Positions 62,197-64,000 of a stretch of DNA of 64,000 nt are shown here, piece by piece. A model generated the notes under the pieces. The model did not search any database. It worked only from the letters and a program-made list of their open reading frames with translations, and had not been told where the DNA came from. Source of the DNA: Paragordius varius (taxonomy: Eukaryota; Animalia; Nematomorpha); assembly GCA_964247055.1 (NCBI GenBank), contig OZ176052.1, positions 12,028,001 through 12,092,000 on the forward strand, read 5' to 3'. How positions within the stretch are numbered: position 1 is the first letter of the stretch; every line of letters starts with the position of its first letter. Made by a program: the position numbers and the translations under genes.

Positions 62197-62689
62197 TAAT
62201 GATCAATTAGATCCTTCTACTATTTATTGTAATTTGAAAATATTAATTGCAAAAATATACATTACTGAATAATTATTAGTATCATTGATTGTTAATACTA
62301 AACGTAGACATGATGCAATAGGCATATCAATTAAACGTCATTTGGATAAATATTAATGATAAATATCTATATGTAAGGGGCTTTTTATTGTACACATGGT
62401 CAAATGTGATGAGATAGCTATTTGCTATGCTCAGCCATTTATTTCCCAAACATTCAAAGTTGTAGCGTTTTTCGTCTGGAAATATAAAATATTATAAAAT
62501 ATTAATAAATATAATACATTATGGATTTGAATATAATTATTACCAGGAAATCAATGTATATTGATTCCGGTAATCACATAAAAGTTGTTGGATTATAATA
62601 ATTCCTCTTTATGTTAAGTGCCATAAAAACAATTTTTATTTCATTTTAAGGTTATAAGTATGATTAAATATGGATCAACTTGCACAGCT

Positions 62690-63215
62690 ATGTGTTACCA
62701 GGTCTGTATGGTCTAAGCTCTCTCGCATGCCCTAGTGTAATAAAACTAAGGGATGTCCATCATCATCTATAATACCAATATGATTACCATTATGAAATAT
62801 AAAAATAAGCTTGCTGCCAATTAGTCGGTGGGTGTCAGAGATATATGGCAATCCAAGAAAGTTGGGCTTAAACTGAAATTAAAAATCTTGAAATGTATGA
62901 TTATCCTTGCGTAATATACTGATGCTCGTGGCATACGCACATACATGCTAGGATACAAGTTTTCATAAAAAGATGCCTATGACGCATCACTTGCGATATA
63001 CACACGCCTTTGAAGAGCTCACAACTGTTTACCTCCCATATCCAAAAAATTTTAATCATTTGCATAACACTAACCATTCTTCTAGCTGGCCTGAAGATAA
63101 TGGCACACCAACTCCGGCCTAATTCTAGGACCCCACTGCGAGAGGCCTTAAATGAAAGTTGGGTAATGCACCCTGGAAAAAACGCTTACGATATGGGAGA
63201 ATTGTATTGTTAGTG
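62690..63215 (+). pseudogene. Decayed RTE-clade LINE fragment (duplicate of 22180-22760)
   Basis: Colinear with the copy-B remnant but with different stops and frameshifts. Confidence 0.55.
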
Positions 63216-63914
63216 TAGCGCATGGGAGTAAGCAATGACAGTTAACTCAGTCGGTGGATATCGGAAATGGTAGAGCGGTAAAATCAAGAATGTACTTGTT
63301 GAAAAAAAGATCAAAATATATAAAGACAGGAGACGAAAGGACGCGAGACCAGAAGAAGGAGGGCTAGCCAGGAATGACATCCCCTATACCACGAATATCG
63401 ATCTAATGCAGACGACCACAACTAGTGGCATGTCATATCAGATTTGACTATAACATTGGATAAATGATACATTGATACACTAATCGTAGAATAAACAACT
63501 ACTTGTCGCCATTAAGAGGTAATGGTATAGAATTTAGGGTATATACTTAATGTGCTGTAGGATATCAAGTTAGGATATAAAAATAAATATAACCCAATAA
63601 TTTATTCTTTCCCACAAAATTGCAATAACAATTCATGCATACCTTATATTTTTAACGTATCATCATATCCCTCAAGGTAAACCCAACGAGACGATAAAGT
63701 GAAAAATGAAGGCTTAAAAAATATTAAGTTTTTTATAAAAAATCTATACATTTCGTGCAATATCTTTATTATTTTAACTAATGCACCAAATGTAAATAAT
63801 ACCAGTTTAACTAATATAAGAAGACAAAATAGTACTCAACCGATTAATTTGACACCGCCATTTGACTCATCAGACATCAGACGACACAGACAAAGAAGTT
63901 GATCCTGTCAAAAG

Positions 63915-64000
63915 CGAGCTCTCATGTGCCTAAAAAACGAATACGGGATGCACTGCTTTTCTTATACATCAGAAGAAAAAGAATGTTAAAAGTCATTGTT
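63915..64000 (+). mobile_element. 5' end of the degenerate mariner (cassette copy C)
   Basis: Reverse complement of ~21545-21625. Confidence 0.7.

Larger units (their letters stand above)
57315..64000 (-). repeat. Inverted segmental duplicate of ~21545-28135 (cassette copy C), continuing past the window end
   Basis: Reverse-complement colinearity of mariner end, RTE remnant, orphan gene, 3' flank and TAGGG MITE end. C lacks the piggyBac MITE segment and has an extra Helitron. Confidence 0.92.

Overview
This is eukaryotic, very AT-rich animal DNA, not prokaryotic. I found no CRISPR array, rRNA or tRNA. Many GT-AG introns are only 22-31 nt long, which suggests a highly reduced metazoan such as a myxozoan, dicyemid or orthonectid (inference only). 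The window has three zones. (1) 1-28 kb is a tandem array of a ~13-14 kb cassette. Each unit is a stack of nested transposon relics (piggyBac-like MITE, foldback element with 21-bp palindromic arrays, hAT/Buster element and MITEs, two Helitron subfamilies, mariner, RTE LINE) followed by an orphan gene. The ORF track splits that gene into three ORFs, but it splices into one 3-exon, 571-aa protein. Copy A (8974-11823) is disrupted; copy B (23256-26105) is intact. (2) 28-55 kb is a mostly unique, gene-dense core: SoxF, a secreted Trp/Pro-rich preproprotein, LSM4, TRMT61A, a CCDC152-like coiled-coil gene, an alpha-arrestin, an orphan ORF, a class B DnaJ, a 2-Cys peroxiredoxin and EIF2B3. (3) 57-64 kb is an inverted third cassette copy with another intact 571-aa gene. 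The duplicated cassettes supply filled and empty sites that confirm several insertions to the base. Exon structures were derived by hand and some coordinates are approximate, as noted.
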